64,000 nt of DNA from an uncultured archaeon (lineage in GTDB: Archaea > Nanobdellota > Nanobdellia > Pacearchaeales > GW2011-AR1), in NCBI GenBank assembly GCA_902385625.1, contig CABMGE010000027.1, positions 16,161 through 80,160 on the forward strand, read 5' to 3'. The notes under the pieces are model-generated. The model was not told where the DNA came from. It did not search any database and worked only from the letters and a program-made list of their open reading frames with translations. The translations under genes and the position numbers were made by a program. Numbering within the stretch: position 1 is the first letter of the stretch; every line of letters begins with the position of its first letter. This document shows positions 55,484-64,000 of this stretch, piece by piece.

Positions 55484-57970
55484 ATGAATACATCAGTTAA
55501 CTTCATTCCAATTGATTATGATTATTTTGACTTTAATGGTAAAACTTACGCAAAAATAACAGGCAGAACAGATACAGGTAAAAAAACAGTCATAATTGAT
55601 TCTTGCGATATCTATTTTTGGGCTGTTTTAAAAGAAAAAATTCCTGATAAAAAAATAAAGCAAATACAGGAAAAAATAGAAAAAATAAAAGTGGAAAAAG
55701 AAAACAGAACGTCTTACGTTATAAAAACAGAAGTCCATAATAAAAATTTTCTTGGAAAAGAAGTAAAAGCAATAAAAATATTTGTAACAAATCTAAAAGA
55801 CGCTCATGCAATTGCAGATCAAATGGGATTTAAAGAAATTGATAAAAGAAGGGAATATGACCTTAACTTTATTACAAAATACATTCTTGAAAGAAAATTA
55901 AAGCCCCTATTAAAATACAAAGTTTCAGGAGAAATTCTTAATAATACCAATGAGTTTGGTGGAATTGACCAAATCCTTGATGCAGACTTATGCATAAAAA
56001 CCGAGAAAATAGAAGAACTAAAAGAACAAAGCAGTTTTAATCCAAAAATACTTGCTTATGATATAGAAACTGATGAATTTGAAATAGGAAAAGGACAAAT
56101 CTTAATGATTTCGCTTGTAGGAGACAAATTCCGCAAGGTTTTGACCCACAAGGTCAAAAGTTCTAAACTTCCATTTGTAGAATGTTTTAAAGATGAAGAA
56201 GAAATGTTAAGGGCATTTATTAAAAATATAAAAGAATATAGTCCGGATATTTTAACAGGTTATTTTTCTGATGAATTTGATCTTCCATATTTAAGGGCAA
56301 GAGCAGAAAAGAATAGAATTAAACTAAATATTGGGATTGATAACTCCCAGCCAATATTTTCAAGAGGTAGAATGCTCACTGGAAAAATTAAAGGAATTGT
56401 TCATATAGATATGTTAAAGTTCATAAAAACAAATTACTCCCAATATCTAAATTCTGAAACCTTATCACTAAATGATGTAGCAAGCGAACTTTTAGGAGAA
56501 AAGAAAAAAGACTGGATTCACAAACACTCATCAAAAATAAACCATGATGAATGGGAAGATTATCTAGACTACAATCTTCAGGATTCAATACTAACATACA
56601 AGCTTGCAGAAAAAGCCTGGCCAGATATGCAGGAATTTACAAGAATAATTCAAGAGCCATTATTTGACATAACAAGAGATGGTATGTCTGCACATGTTGA
56701 AAACTACATAATACATAACCTTGAAAAATATAATGAGATTATTGAAAAAAGACCAATGCATGATGAAATAGGAGAGCGAATTGAAAGGGAAAAATATGTC
56801 GGTGCATTTGTCTTTCAGCCAAAAGCAGGATTATATGAAAATATATGCTTTTTTGATTTTACATCTTACTGGCCTTCAATTATAGTTAGTTTTAATCTTT
56901 CCAGATCAACACTATTATCTAAAAAAGAAAAAGATTCACTTGAAGTAGATATTTCAGGAAAAAAAGTATACTTTTCAAAGGAGCCAGGATTTTTTCCACT
57001 AATGCTTGGAGAGATTATTGAAAAAAGAAAACAATACAAAGGAGAATATAATAAAAATCCAAATCCAATAACAAAGGCAAGGTCTAATGCATTTAAACTT
57101 CTTGCAAATGCAAGCTATGGTTATCAAGGATTTTTCGGGGCAAGATATTATTGCCCAGAAGCCTCTGCATCAGCAACTGCAATATCAAGAGATTTTACAA
57201 AAAAAACAATTGATCTTATTAATACCAAGGGTTATGAAGTCATTTACAGTGATACAGACTCAATAGCATTCAAATTAAACAAGCACACGCAAAAAGAGGC
57301 TCTTGTTCTTCTTGCAGAAATAAACAAAAATCTTCCTGGAATAATGGAACTTGATTTAGAAGACTTTTATAAAAGAGGAATCTGGGTTACAAAAAGAACA
57401 GGAGATTTCGGAGCCAAAAAGAAATATGCACTTATTGATGAAAAAAACAAGCTTAAAATAAGAGGATTTGAAACAGTAAGGAGAGATTGGTGCGAACTTG
57501 CAAGAGTTACTCAAAATATAGTTTTAGACCATATTTTAAAAGAAGGCAATGAAAAAAAAGCTCTCGAGTATACAAAAGAAATAATAAAAAAATTAAAAGA
57601 AAGAAAAATTCCATTGCAGGAACTAATAATAAAAACCCAGTTAAAAAAACCAATTGAAGAATATAAGTCAGAAAGTCCGCATGTTACAGTTGCAAAGAGA
57701 ATGAAAGAACTTGGAATGCCTGTAGACATTGGAATGTTAATGCAGTATTTTATTTGTGAACCTGAAGCAAAAAATAAAACAAAAGCAGGAAAAACAAAGG
57801 GACCAATAAGGGAAAGAGCAAGACTCGCAAGCGAACCTTGTGAATATGACCTTGAATATTATCTTAAAAATCAAATATTACCTGCAGTTGAAAATATCTT
57901 CGAAGTTTTCAAGATTAATACAAAAGAGCTCCTTGATGGAAAAAAGCAGATGAAATTAGGGGATTTTTAA
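55484..57970 (+). CDS. polB: Family B DNA polymerase
   Basis: Exonuclease motifs YDIET, FDLPYL, YNLQD; polymerase motifs DFTSYWPSII, KLLANASYGY, YSDTDS, KKKYA; PIP-like QMKLGDF. Confidence 0.97.
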   Translation: MNTSVNFIPIDYDYFDFNGKTYAKITGRTDTGKKTVIIDSCDIYFWAVLKEKIPDKKIKQIQEKIEKIKVEKENRTSYVIKTEVHNKNFLGKEVKAIKIFVTNLKDAHAIADQMGFKEIDKRREYDLNFITKYILERKLKPLLKYKVSGEILNNTNEFGGIDQILDADLCIKTEKIEELKEQSSFNPKILAYDIETDEFEIGKGQILMISLVGDKFRKVLTHKVKSSKLPFVECFKDEEEMLRAFIKNIKEYSPDILTGYFSDEFDLPYLRARAEKNRIKLNIGIDNSQPIFSRGRMLTGKIKGIVHIDMLKFIKTNYSQYLNSETLSLNDVASELLGEKKKDWIHKHSSKINHDEWEDYLDYNLQDSILTYKLAEKAWPDMQEFTRIIQEPLFDITRDGMSAHVENYIIHNLEKYNEIIEKRPMHDEIGERIEREKYVGAFVFQPKAGLYENICFFDFTSYWPSIIVSFNLSRSTLLSKKEKDSLEVDISGKKVYFSKEPGFFPLMLGEIIEKRKQYKGEYNKNPNPITKARSNAFKLLANASYGYQGFFGARYYCPEASASATAISRDFTKKTIDLINTKGYEVIYSDTDSIAFKLNKHTQKEALVLLAEINKNLPGIMELDLEDFYKRGIWVTKRTGDFGAKKKYALIDEKNKLKIRGFETVRRDWCELARVTQNIVLDHILKEGNEKKALEYTKEIIKKLKERKIPLQELIIKTQLKKPIEEYKSESPHVTVAKRMKELGMPVDIGMLMQYFICEPEAKNKTKAGKTKGPIRERARLASEPCEYDLEYYLKNQILPAVENIFEVFKINTKELLDGKKQMKLGDF

Positions 57971-57974
57971 ATAA

Positions 57975-58499
57975 CTATAACTTTCTAAATTTTAATTTTC
58001 CTGTTTGACCCATTTCATTTCCTGAAGAAAATAAGAAATCTAAATTATGAGTATTAAAATAAATTTCTTTTAAAATATTTGGATCTAATTCTTTAACTTC
58101 GTCCATAGGGGTAATTCCCCGATTTAAGATAATTTGTAAATCATCTGCAGGCGTCCACATCATAGCAAATTGATATTGACCCAAATAACTTCCTTCAATA
58201 TTATCTCTTCCCAAAATAGGATTCTCAGCCATAGCAGACCACATAACTGGAGCAATTCCAGAATTAAAGGGTACTAATTTTAAAAATGCAATAGAATCTT
58301 GTTCAGGAAAATGTAATCCCAATAATAATTTATCTTTTCCATATCCAGGATTTTTTACATCAAGAGAACTATTAGAATCTCTAACCAAACCAGCTAATTT
58401 ATTATCAGAAAAATAAGAAATCTCTCCAACTTGAGAACCTTCTCTTCCATCTAAAACATAATTCCCTCTTAACTCATACCTTCCAATTACTTCAACCAT
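57975..58499 (-). CDS. Hypothetical protein
   Basis: ORF; ATG at 58499 preferred because a TATA-like box lies ~25 bp upstream. Confidence 0.65.
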   Translation of the reverse strand: MVEVIGRYELRGNYVLDGREGSQVGEISYFSDNKLAGLVRDSNSSLDVKNPGYGKDKLLLGLHFPEQDSIAFLKLVPFNSGIAPVMWSAMAENPILGRDNIEGSYLGQYQFAMMWTPADDLQIILNRGITPMDEVKELDPNILKEIYFNTHNLDFLFSSGNEMGQTGKLKFRKL

Positions 58500-58555
58500 A
58501 TTAAAGTAGTTAATTAATATATTTTTAAACATTATCAAGAATTATAATATATAAT

Positions 58556-58759
58556 TCACTCTCCCCAAAAACTGACATGATATTCTCCTTTTTCAGTATC
58601 TTGATTGTATAATATGAGGTCCATTGCATAATACATTGCATTTTTATTTTCCTTTAATCTTTCAATTAAAAGTATTAATTTAGAAAAATCAGAATTTCCA
58701 ACTCTTCCAATTAGTTTTAAATTCATTTCATTTGCGCGATTTTTATTTATTTCTTTCAT
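58556..58759 (-). CDS. Small protein, family X copy 1
   Basis: NLKLIGRV...VSFW shared with 59625 and 62332. Confidence 0.75.
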   Translation of the reverse strand: MKEINKNRANEMNLKLIGRVGNSDFSKLILLIERLKENKNAMYYAMDLILYNQDTEKGEYHVSFWGE

Positions 58760-58886
58760 TAGCCAATCCTATTTATTTCCCAAGATGAGTTAATATAATA
58801 ATTTTTTTATCAAATTTTAGATGAATTTACTTCATATAAAATTGCAATATTTTTTTTTAATTTATACCTGAGTATAAATTATTTCT

Positions 58887-59417
58887 CTAAGCAGCCATAC
58901 TATAATCTCTTCCAGAAAGTCTGTATCCAGTTTTAGATGCTGCAAAATCATCAGCCCTTTTCTCATTATAAATTCCCATAGAATGAGCAATCTCATGCCA
59001 ATATACAAATTTCTCGACTTCAGGAGATAAATTATCTGCAATATAAATTGTATGAGTACTGGGGTCATAAAGTCCAAGTGCTTTCCATCCATAACCATGT
59101 GGAAGAGAAGAAGAATCAACATAATGCACCTTGGCATCACGACTTTTGCTGGATTTATTTCTCCCGCTGCTCTTTTCTTCGAGTTTTGAAATAGGAATAT
59201 CTCTGTGATAATTATCCCTTATGCTCTTTCCAAAACTTTCAAGTAATTCAATTATAGAGTCTCTTGAGTCAAAATCAATCTCTTTTCCTGCTTTTTCAAA
59301 TAAATCATCAAAAAGATCCTTCCTATAGTCGTTTTCTAGAAAGCTTACTCTAGATTTATCCACACAGTTATAAGAAGTATGATTAAAATCATTTTCAACT
59401 CCATAAATTCTTTCCAA
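58887..59417 (-). CDS. ImmA/IrrE-like HExxH metallopeptidase domain protein
   Basis: LGLY......IYI...L.....FV.WHEIAH......E..AD.FA; start codon uncertain. Confidence 0.75.
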   Translation of the reverse strand: MERIYGVENDFNHTSYNCVDKSRVSFLENDYRKDLFDDLFEKAGKEIDFDSRDSIIELLESFGKSIRDNYHRDIPISKLEEKSSGRNKSSKSRDAKVHYVDSSSLPHGYGWKALGLYDPSTHTIYIADNLSPEVEKFVYWHEIAHSMGIYNEKRADDFAASKTGYRLSGRDYSMAA

Positions 59418-59624
59418 AAGAAAACTACAATTTTGAAAAATGTCTAAAATAGGATCGCATTCACAAGTCCTTTCCCTTTTTTTCCTTGTTGTTTTACTAA
59501 TCTTTTACTCCCAACACCTTATTCGAGAAAAAATAAAGTTTAAGATATTTAAATCTTAGTTTAAACTAAAAAGGGAATACAAAATAAGTAAAAAGAAAAA
59601 GCAGGAGGAAAATGAGACTAAAGT

Positions 59625-59837
59625 TTAAGCGAGATCATTATCTCCCCAAAAGCTAACTGAAATTTCCCCATCATTCTCTTCGTTTAAAATTAACCTTTCA
59701 ATCATATAATACTTTACATTCTCTTTTTCACCAAATCTCTTAATTAAAAGTGTAACAAGTGAAAGATTATTTCCAATAACTCTTCCAATAAGTTTTAAAT
59801 TCATTTCCTCTGCTTGTTCTAAATTTATTTCTTCCAT
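59625..59837 (-). CDS. Small protein, family X copy 2
   Basis: MEEINLEQAEEMNLKLIGRV...VSFWGD; GAGGTG Shine-Dalgarno before ATG 59837. Confidence 0.75.
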   Translation of the reverse strand: MEEINLEQAEEMNLKLIGRVIGNNLSLVTLLIKRFGEKENVKYYMIERLILNEENDGEISVSFWGDNDLA

Positions 59838-60006
59838 GATAAAATTTGACACCTCTAAAAAACTTTTAACTACATTTGTAACAAAAGAATCCCTAAACAG
59901 AAACAACTGAAATCATTTAATAAATATAATAATTATAAGCATAAGAGGTTTATAATGCTTTTTAGTCGGAAAAAAACATCTCAAAAAATATTTTTGATTT
60001 CCTTTT

Positions 60007-61377
60007 TTACCAAGAAAACTTATCTAAATCCCGCTCCCTTAATTTTTCTATTCCAACTCCTGCACCAAGGCCTGCTCCAGAACCAACGAGCCCTGAAAAA
60101 ATACTGCATAAAGCAACCATCCAACCCCTAAATCTTTCCATTTCAAATCCTTTTGTAAAATTCTTTTCATAAAGTTCCCTGGTTATTTCAACTACCTCAT
60201 CCCCAAGATCATCATAATTTTTAGAACCCTTATTTGTTTCCTCAATAAAACAGTTTATTTTTGCCCTTAATTCAGGAAGACTTTTTTCAGTATGATCCAG
60301 GCTTTGAATAGCCTCATCAATACAGCGATGCAAGTTAGTTATATGATCTCTTGCAGTATAAGCAACTCTGTATTCATTTGGCCCAGAATCATATGAGCTA
60401 TATGTCTTGTAATGATGATTTTTAGCACTTGATTTAGAACCATTCCATAAAATAGAATCATTTTTCATCTGATTCCAGATTGGATAGGCTTTAGCAATCT
60501 GATTTTCAATAGTTGAACCATCTCTCCAAGTGTTTGCAATTTCCATTAATTGAACAGGGGTAAGTACAACATCCTCTTTTCCTTTTTTTCTACTAGCTAT
60601 TGCTGCATTTTCCCCATCAGGATTTGTCTTAGAAGCAGTAAAGACTTTTTCTTTTATCTGAATTTCTGGAAATTTGGATAAAATTTCATCAAGTGATCTA
60701 GAAGCAGCTTCACCATTTTCAGAGTGATACCAGTAATAATGATCAGTGTCATCATAAACTTGTCTTGTTCTCATCTCCTGAGTTGTATAACTGTTACCTT
60801 TAGAATCTGTATGAAAAACTGTTTCAAAATAAACCTCAGTATGATAATTGTCATTATGTCTTTCTGTCCATGACTCATCAAACTTTTGATAAATATAAGG
60901 ACAGGAATCTTTTATCTCTTTTAATGTTTGAAGTTGCTTTCGAACAAAAACAGAACTTTCAGGAACTATTTTAAATAAATCTTCAAGTTCATATTGATGT
61001 TTCTTTTTTCCAGAATCAAATCTGTTTTTTAATTCTTCTGCAAATTTTTTATAAACATCTCCACTTTCTGAATTTGAGTCATTCCAGCATTCAAAAACTT
61101 TCATGCAAAGATCATTAAGTCCAGCAAGATAGTAGGTTCTCGCCATTCCAGTTTCATCATTTCTTCCAATACCTTCTGCAAAAATTCTTCCTTGTTTTTG
61201 TGCATCAATTTCAATTTGATGTATCTCTGAAAATCCAAGTGCAATCTTGGATTCTCTTGTTTTTTCATGATTATAACTAAAAATTCCTCCGAAAAGTCCC
61301 ATTGTTATTCCAAGAAGACCAGTTCCAATTATTCTTGTAAGAGGAATTCCTTCATCATATGAATCATACATTCCCAT
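60007..61377 (-). CDS. Membrane protein with N- and C-terminal TMs and a large soluble domain
   Basis: Gly-rich TMs at both ends; TDSKGNSYTT hairpin-like motif. Confidence 0.7.
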   Translation of the reverse strand: MGMYDSYDEGIPLTRIIGTGLLGITMGLFGGIFSYNHEKTRESKIALGFSEIHQIEIDAQKQGRIFAEGIGRNDETGMARTYYLAGLNDLCMKVFECWNDSNSESGDVYKKFAEELKNRFDSGKKKHQYELEDLFKIVPESSVFVRKQLQTLKEIKDSCPYIYQKFDESWTERHNDNYHTEVYFETVFHTDSKGNSYTTQEMRTRQVYDDTDHYYWYHSENGEAASRSLDEILSKFPEIQIKEKVFTASKTNPDGENAAIASRKKGKEDVVLTPVQLMEIANTWRDGSTIENQIAKAYPIWNQMKNDSILWNGSKSSAKNHHYKTYSSYDSGPNEYRVAYTARDHITNLHRCIDEAIQSLDHTEKSLPELRAKINCFIEETNKGSKNYDDLGDEVVEITRELYEKNFTKGFEMERFRGWMVALCSIFSGLVGSGAGLGAGVGIEKLRERDLDKFSW

Positions 61378-61378
61378 T

Positions 61379-61852
61379 TTACTTGTCCCAACCCATATTT
61401 TTAACAGTATTTTTCATGATACTAACCATCTGAGGAGAAAGGTTAAATCTGCCAGCATTATAGTCAATACTTTTTGAAATACTTCCGTTATTATGTCTTT
61501 CACTAGCAGCTTTCCAGTCAAAAAACATTTCAAATAAGTCAAATAAATCCATCCCATCAACTCCATTTTCAAAATGCTCTGGATGATGAGAATTATTGCC
61601 ATAATGATGTTGTAATGCAGGTTTCATTTCTTCAAGAAAACCCTTATATTCCGGGCTTCCATAAGTAACTCCTGCAAGTAAAGGAGTAAGTCTATCAAAA
61701 TAAGATTTTTCAGGATCCTCAAGTTTTGAACTATCATGACCTTCAGTCCTTCTAACCAACTCTTCTGCAGCAGCAATTAATAGTTCTTCTACTCTGGCTA
61801 TATGTTTCTTTGTTTCATGCCTGCTATCATAATTTGCTATTTGATCATTCAT
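61379..61852 (-). CDS. DUF5662-like (HD-related, His-rich) protein
   Basis: HDSSKL, LQHHY..NSHHPEH and EM..DWKAA..R motifs. Confidence 0.75.
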   Translation of the reverse strand: MNDQIANYDSRHETKKHIARVEELLIAAAEELVRRTEGHDSSKLEDPEKSYFDRLTPLLAGVTYGSPEYKGFLEEMKPALQHHYGNNSHHPEHFENGVDGMDLFDLFEMFFDWKAASERHNNGSISKSIDYNAGRFNLSPQMVSIMKNTVKNMGWDK

Positions 61853-61999
61853 CTTAATATTATCAGAACTCTTTTCTTTTAGTTTAAGATTTAAAAACTT
61901 AGAGATTAAATGGTTTAAAAATATAATGGTTTGAAAGAATCTTAATTATATCCTTTGCCATAAATAAATATTTATAAACCTGGGTGCATTAATAATTAA

Positions 62000-62326
62000 A
62001 TGAAAAGAGAAAATTATGGAGAATTTGCAGCAGACACAAGAATAGTTTCTCTTCCAGAATATAATTCTAGTTATCTTGCATGTAAAGAAGGAGTTTATCA
62101 CTTAAAATCAGAAGCAAGAGATTGCAAGGTACGTTATCATGAGACTCCCATTTTCCCAAAAAAATCAGAACTTCCAATAGGTGCAGATGGAAAGCCAATT
62201 TCTATAGAAAGACAGGATGAAATAATAAGAATTGCAGTAGAAAGAGCAAAAAGAAGAACACAGGCACCAGTTTTAACCCTGCAAAGAGATTTTAATAAAG
62301 GAACCTTAGCTGAAAAAGTTGCATAA
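62000..62326 (+). CDS. Hypothetical protein
   Basis: 108-aa ORF with TTTATAAA box ~22 bp upstream. Confidence 0.65.
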   Translation: MKRENYGEFAADTRIVSLPEYNSSYLACKEGVYHLKSEARDCKVRYHETPIFPKKSELPIGADGKPISIERQDEIIRIAVERAKRRTQAPVLTLQRDFNKGTLAEKVA

Positions 62327-62331
62327 AACTT

Positions 62332-62535
62332 TTAATCTTTCCAAAAACTTACTTTAAAATATCCTTCTTGAGTATTTTGATTATAAAAAATAAAATCCAT
62401 TAAATAATATTTAATTGCAGTGTTGTCCTTGGCTCTTTCGATCATTAAAATGACTTTTGAAAAGTCAACACTGGAAATTCTTCCAACAAGCTTCAAATTT
62501 TTCTCGCGAATTTGATTAAAAGTTATCTCCCTCAT
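62332..62535 (-). CDS. Small protein, family X copy 3
   Basis: MREITFNQIREKNLKLVGRI...VSFWKD. Confidence 0.75.
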   Translation of the reverse strand: MREITFNQIREKNLKLVGRISSVDFSKVILMIERAKDNTAIKYYLMDFIFYNQNTQEGYFKVSFWKD

Positions 62536-62563
62536 TTTAAAAAATATTATTTCAAACTAGGAA

Positions 62564-62965
62564 TTATTTCCACATCAAGTCTTCAATATAATCCTTAATA
62601 GGTTCCCAGTAAAAATCGTTCCAGCCTGCACTTAAATCTTCAAATAATTCATCTGGAACATTTACTTGGGTAAATATTAACTCTGTTTGTTTAGGGCCCT
62701 TTGACTTAAGTTCAAATGTAACATCTGAAAAATGTTTTTCAGGAAAGTCAGCACAAGCCCACTTTTGAACAATTTTCTTTCCAGGAACAAGTTCAACATT
62801 AGTTCCAAAAATATAATCATCCCAAGCACTAAATTTTCCACCAATCTTTTGAGTATTTGAAGCTTTTGCACCAGTAATATTTGAAAGTTTACGAGAATTA
62901 ACTAGGTATTCATAAAGATCATTTGCACTTGCATTAAAAACAACTGTCTGCTTAATGGTTTTCAT
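62564..62965 (-). CDS. SRPBCC/AHSA1 domain protein
   Basis: GGKFS.W, ELVPGKKIVQKW and GWNDFYWEP motifs. Confidence 0.9.
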   Translation of the reverse strand: MKTIKQTVVFNASANDLYEYLVNSRKLSNITGAKASNTQKIGGKFSAWDDYIFGTNVELVPGKKIVQKWACADFPEKHFSDVTFELKSKGPKQTELIFTQVNVPDELFEDLSAGWNDFYWEPIKDYIEDLMWK

Positions 62966-63127
62966 AAGATAACAAAAATTTACAGCTTTTTAAGACTTTC
63001 TCTTTTAAAAAAAGGATTTTGATGTATATAAAAAGACAACTAAAAGTTAAAAGGAAAACCTATTTTAAATTATAAGATACAGATCTACCCTTCACAAACC
63101 TTATATTTTAAAGGGTATTTATATAAT

Positions 63128-63598
63128 ATGAAAAAACAAACCGCAACACTTGCAGCAGGTTGCTTCTGGCATGTCCAAAAAGCGTTCTCAAAAATACCCG
63201 GAATAATAAAAACCAGAGTAGGCTATACAGGAGGAACATTAAAAAATCCGAATTATAAAGAAGTGAGTTCTGGAAAAACAGGACATGCAGAAGCAATTGA
63301 AATTGAGTTTGATAGTGAAAAAATAACCTTTGAAAAAATTCTGGAAATATTTTGGAATATACATAATCCTACAACATTAAATAGACAAGGAATGGATTTT
63401 GGAACAAACTATAGATCTGCTATCTTTTATCATGATGAATATCAGAAAGATGATGCAATTAGATCAAGAGACAAATATCAAAAGAAAATTAATAACACTA
63501 TAATAACTGAAATAACCAAAGTATCTAAATTCTACCCTGCAGAAGAATACCATCAAAATTATCTTGAGAAAAATAAACAAGCAACATGCCACATATAA
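63128..63598 (+). CDS. msrA: Peptide-methionine (S)-S-oxide reductase
   Basis: AGCFW, VGYTGG, TGHAE, RQG.D.G..YRS and AEEYHQ motifs. Confidence 0.97.
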   Translation: MKKQTATLAAGCFWHVQKAFSKIPGIIKTRVGYTGGTLKNPNYKEVSSGKTGHAEAIEIEFDSEKITFEKILEIFWNIHNPTTLNRQGMDFGTNYRSAIFYHDEYQKDDAIRSRDKYQKKINNTIITEITKVSKFYPAEEYHQNYLEKNKQATCHI

Positions 63599-63990
63599 TG
63601 ATAATCCAAAAATCAATTCCAAATGAAGAATGGAAAGAGATTCTAACTCCATTACAATACAAAATTTTAAGAGAAGGTGGAACAGAAAAGGCATTTACAG
63701 GAGAATTATTGAATAATCATGAAAAAGGGGTTTATGTATGTGTTGCATGTGGAAATGAATTATTTTCTTCAGAAACAAAGTATGATTCAAAAACAGGATG
63801 GCCTAGTTTTTATTCTCCAATATCAGAAAACAGTTTTATAATAAAACCAAATTCAGGAAGTATAAACGCCTCAGAAGTTATCTGCGCAAAATGTGGAGGA
63901 CACCATGGTCATGTATTTACAGATGGACCAGAACCAACAGGTCTTAGATTTTGTATGAACTCTGCAGCCCTTAAATTTAAGAAAAAATAA
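63598..63990 (+). CDS. msrB: Peptide-methionine (R)-S-oxide reductase
   Basis: [30 protein letters not shown] and RFCMNS; ATG overlaps the msrA stop (alternative start 63586). Confidence 0.96.
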   Translation: MIIQKSIPNEEWKEILTPLQYKILREGGTEKAFTGELLNNHEKGVYVCVACGNELFSSETKYDSKTGWPSFYSPISENSFIIKPNSGSINASEVICAKCGGHHGHVFTDGPEPTGLRFCMNSAALKFKKK

Positions 63991-64000
63991 TTATTTTATT

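Noticed and set aside
498-63694. Many short overlapping or antisense ORFs in the track (e.g. 913..1293, 10870..11328, 25775..26206, 58862..59140)
   Set aside because: Shadows of well-supported genes, with F/L/S-rich composition typical of antisense AT-rich DNA
1-64000. CRISPR array or cas genes
   Set aside because: No regularly spaced direct repeats and no recognisable Cas protein
1-64000. Diversity-generating retroelement, transposase or integrase
   Set aside because: No RT (YxDD), DDE or tyrosine-recombinase ORF recognised, and no TR/VR pair seen by eye; a self dot plot would be needed to exclude a remote target
1-64000. Alternative genetic code, inteins or tRNA introns
   Set aside because: Conserved genes (PolB, RFC, FEN1, PheRS) are uninterrupted and of normal length under the standard code; tRNAs are contiguous

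Overview
AT-rich archaeal chromosome segment, most consistent with a DPANN/Nanoarchaeota lineage (Pacearchaeota/Woesearchaeota-like; inferred from gene content and protein style, not from a marker tree). Housekeeping genes: pheS/pheT, rfcS/rfcL, PolB, FEN1, single-OB SSB, a Trm5-like methyltransferase, CorA, msrA/msrB, three intron-less tRNAs (Thr-GGT, Glu-CTC, Gln-CTG) and a ribosomal eL41/eS32 gene missed by the ORF track. The strongest candidate for an uncharacterised system is a tightly coupled 8-gene minus-strand operon (35.5-44.9 kb): TelA-like coiled-coil, unknown protein, classic-clade AAA+ ATPase with a DD Walker B, DUF6638-like protein and membrane partners. The second candidate is a surface locus (5.8-14.7 kb) in which two class-III-signal (pilin-like) paralogs accompany three large secreted proteins ending in thioredoxin-like or trypsin-like C-terminal modules. 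Other notable items: a dispersed ~50-bp palindrome family mostly at convergent gene ends, a 12-bp tRNA-Glu 3'-end duplication bounding a one-gene islet, a miniature AroA-like protein, a PurM with a duplicated N-domain, a PolB with Trp at the steric-gate position, three paralogous ~67-aa genes, four related multi-TM genes and tandem FHA genes. No CRISPR array, transposase, integrase or reverse transcriptase was recognised. All family calls come from motif recognition by eye; no database search was run.
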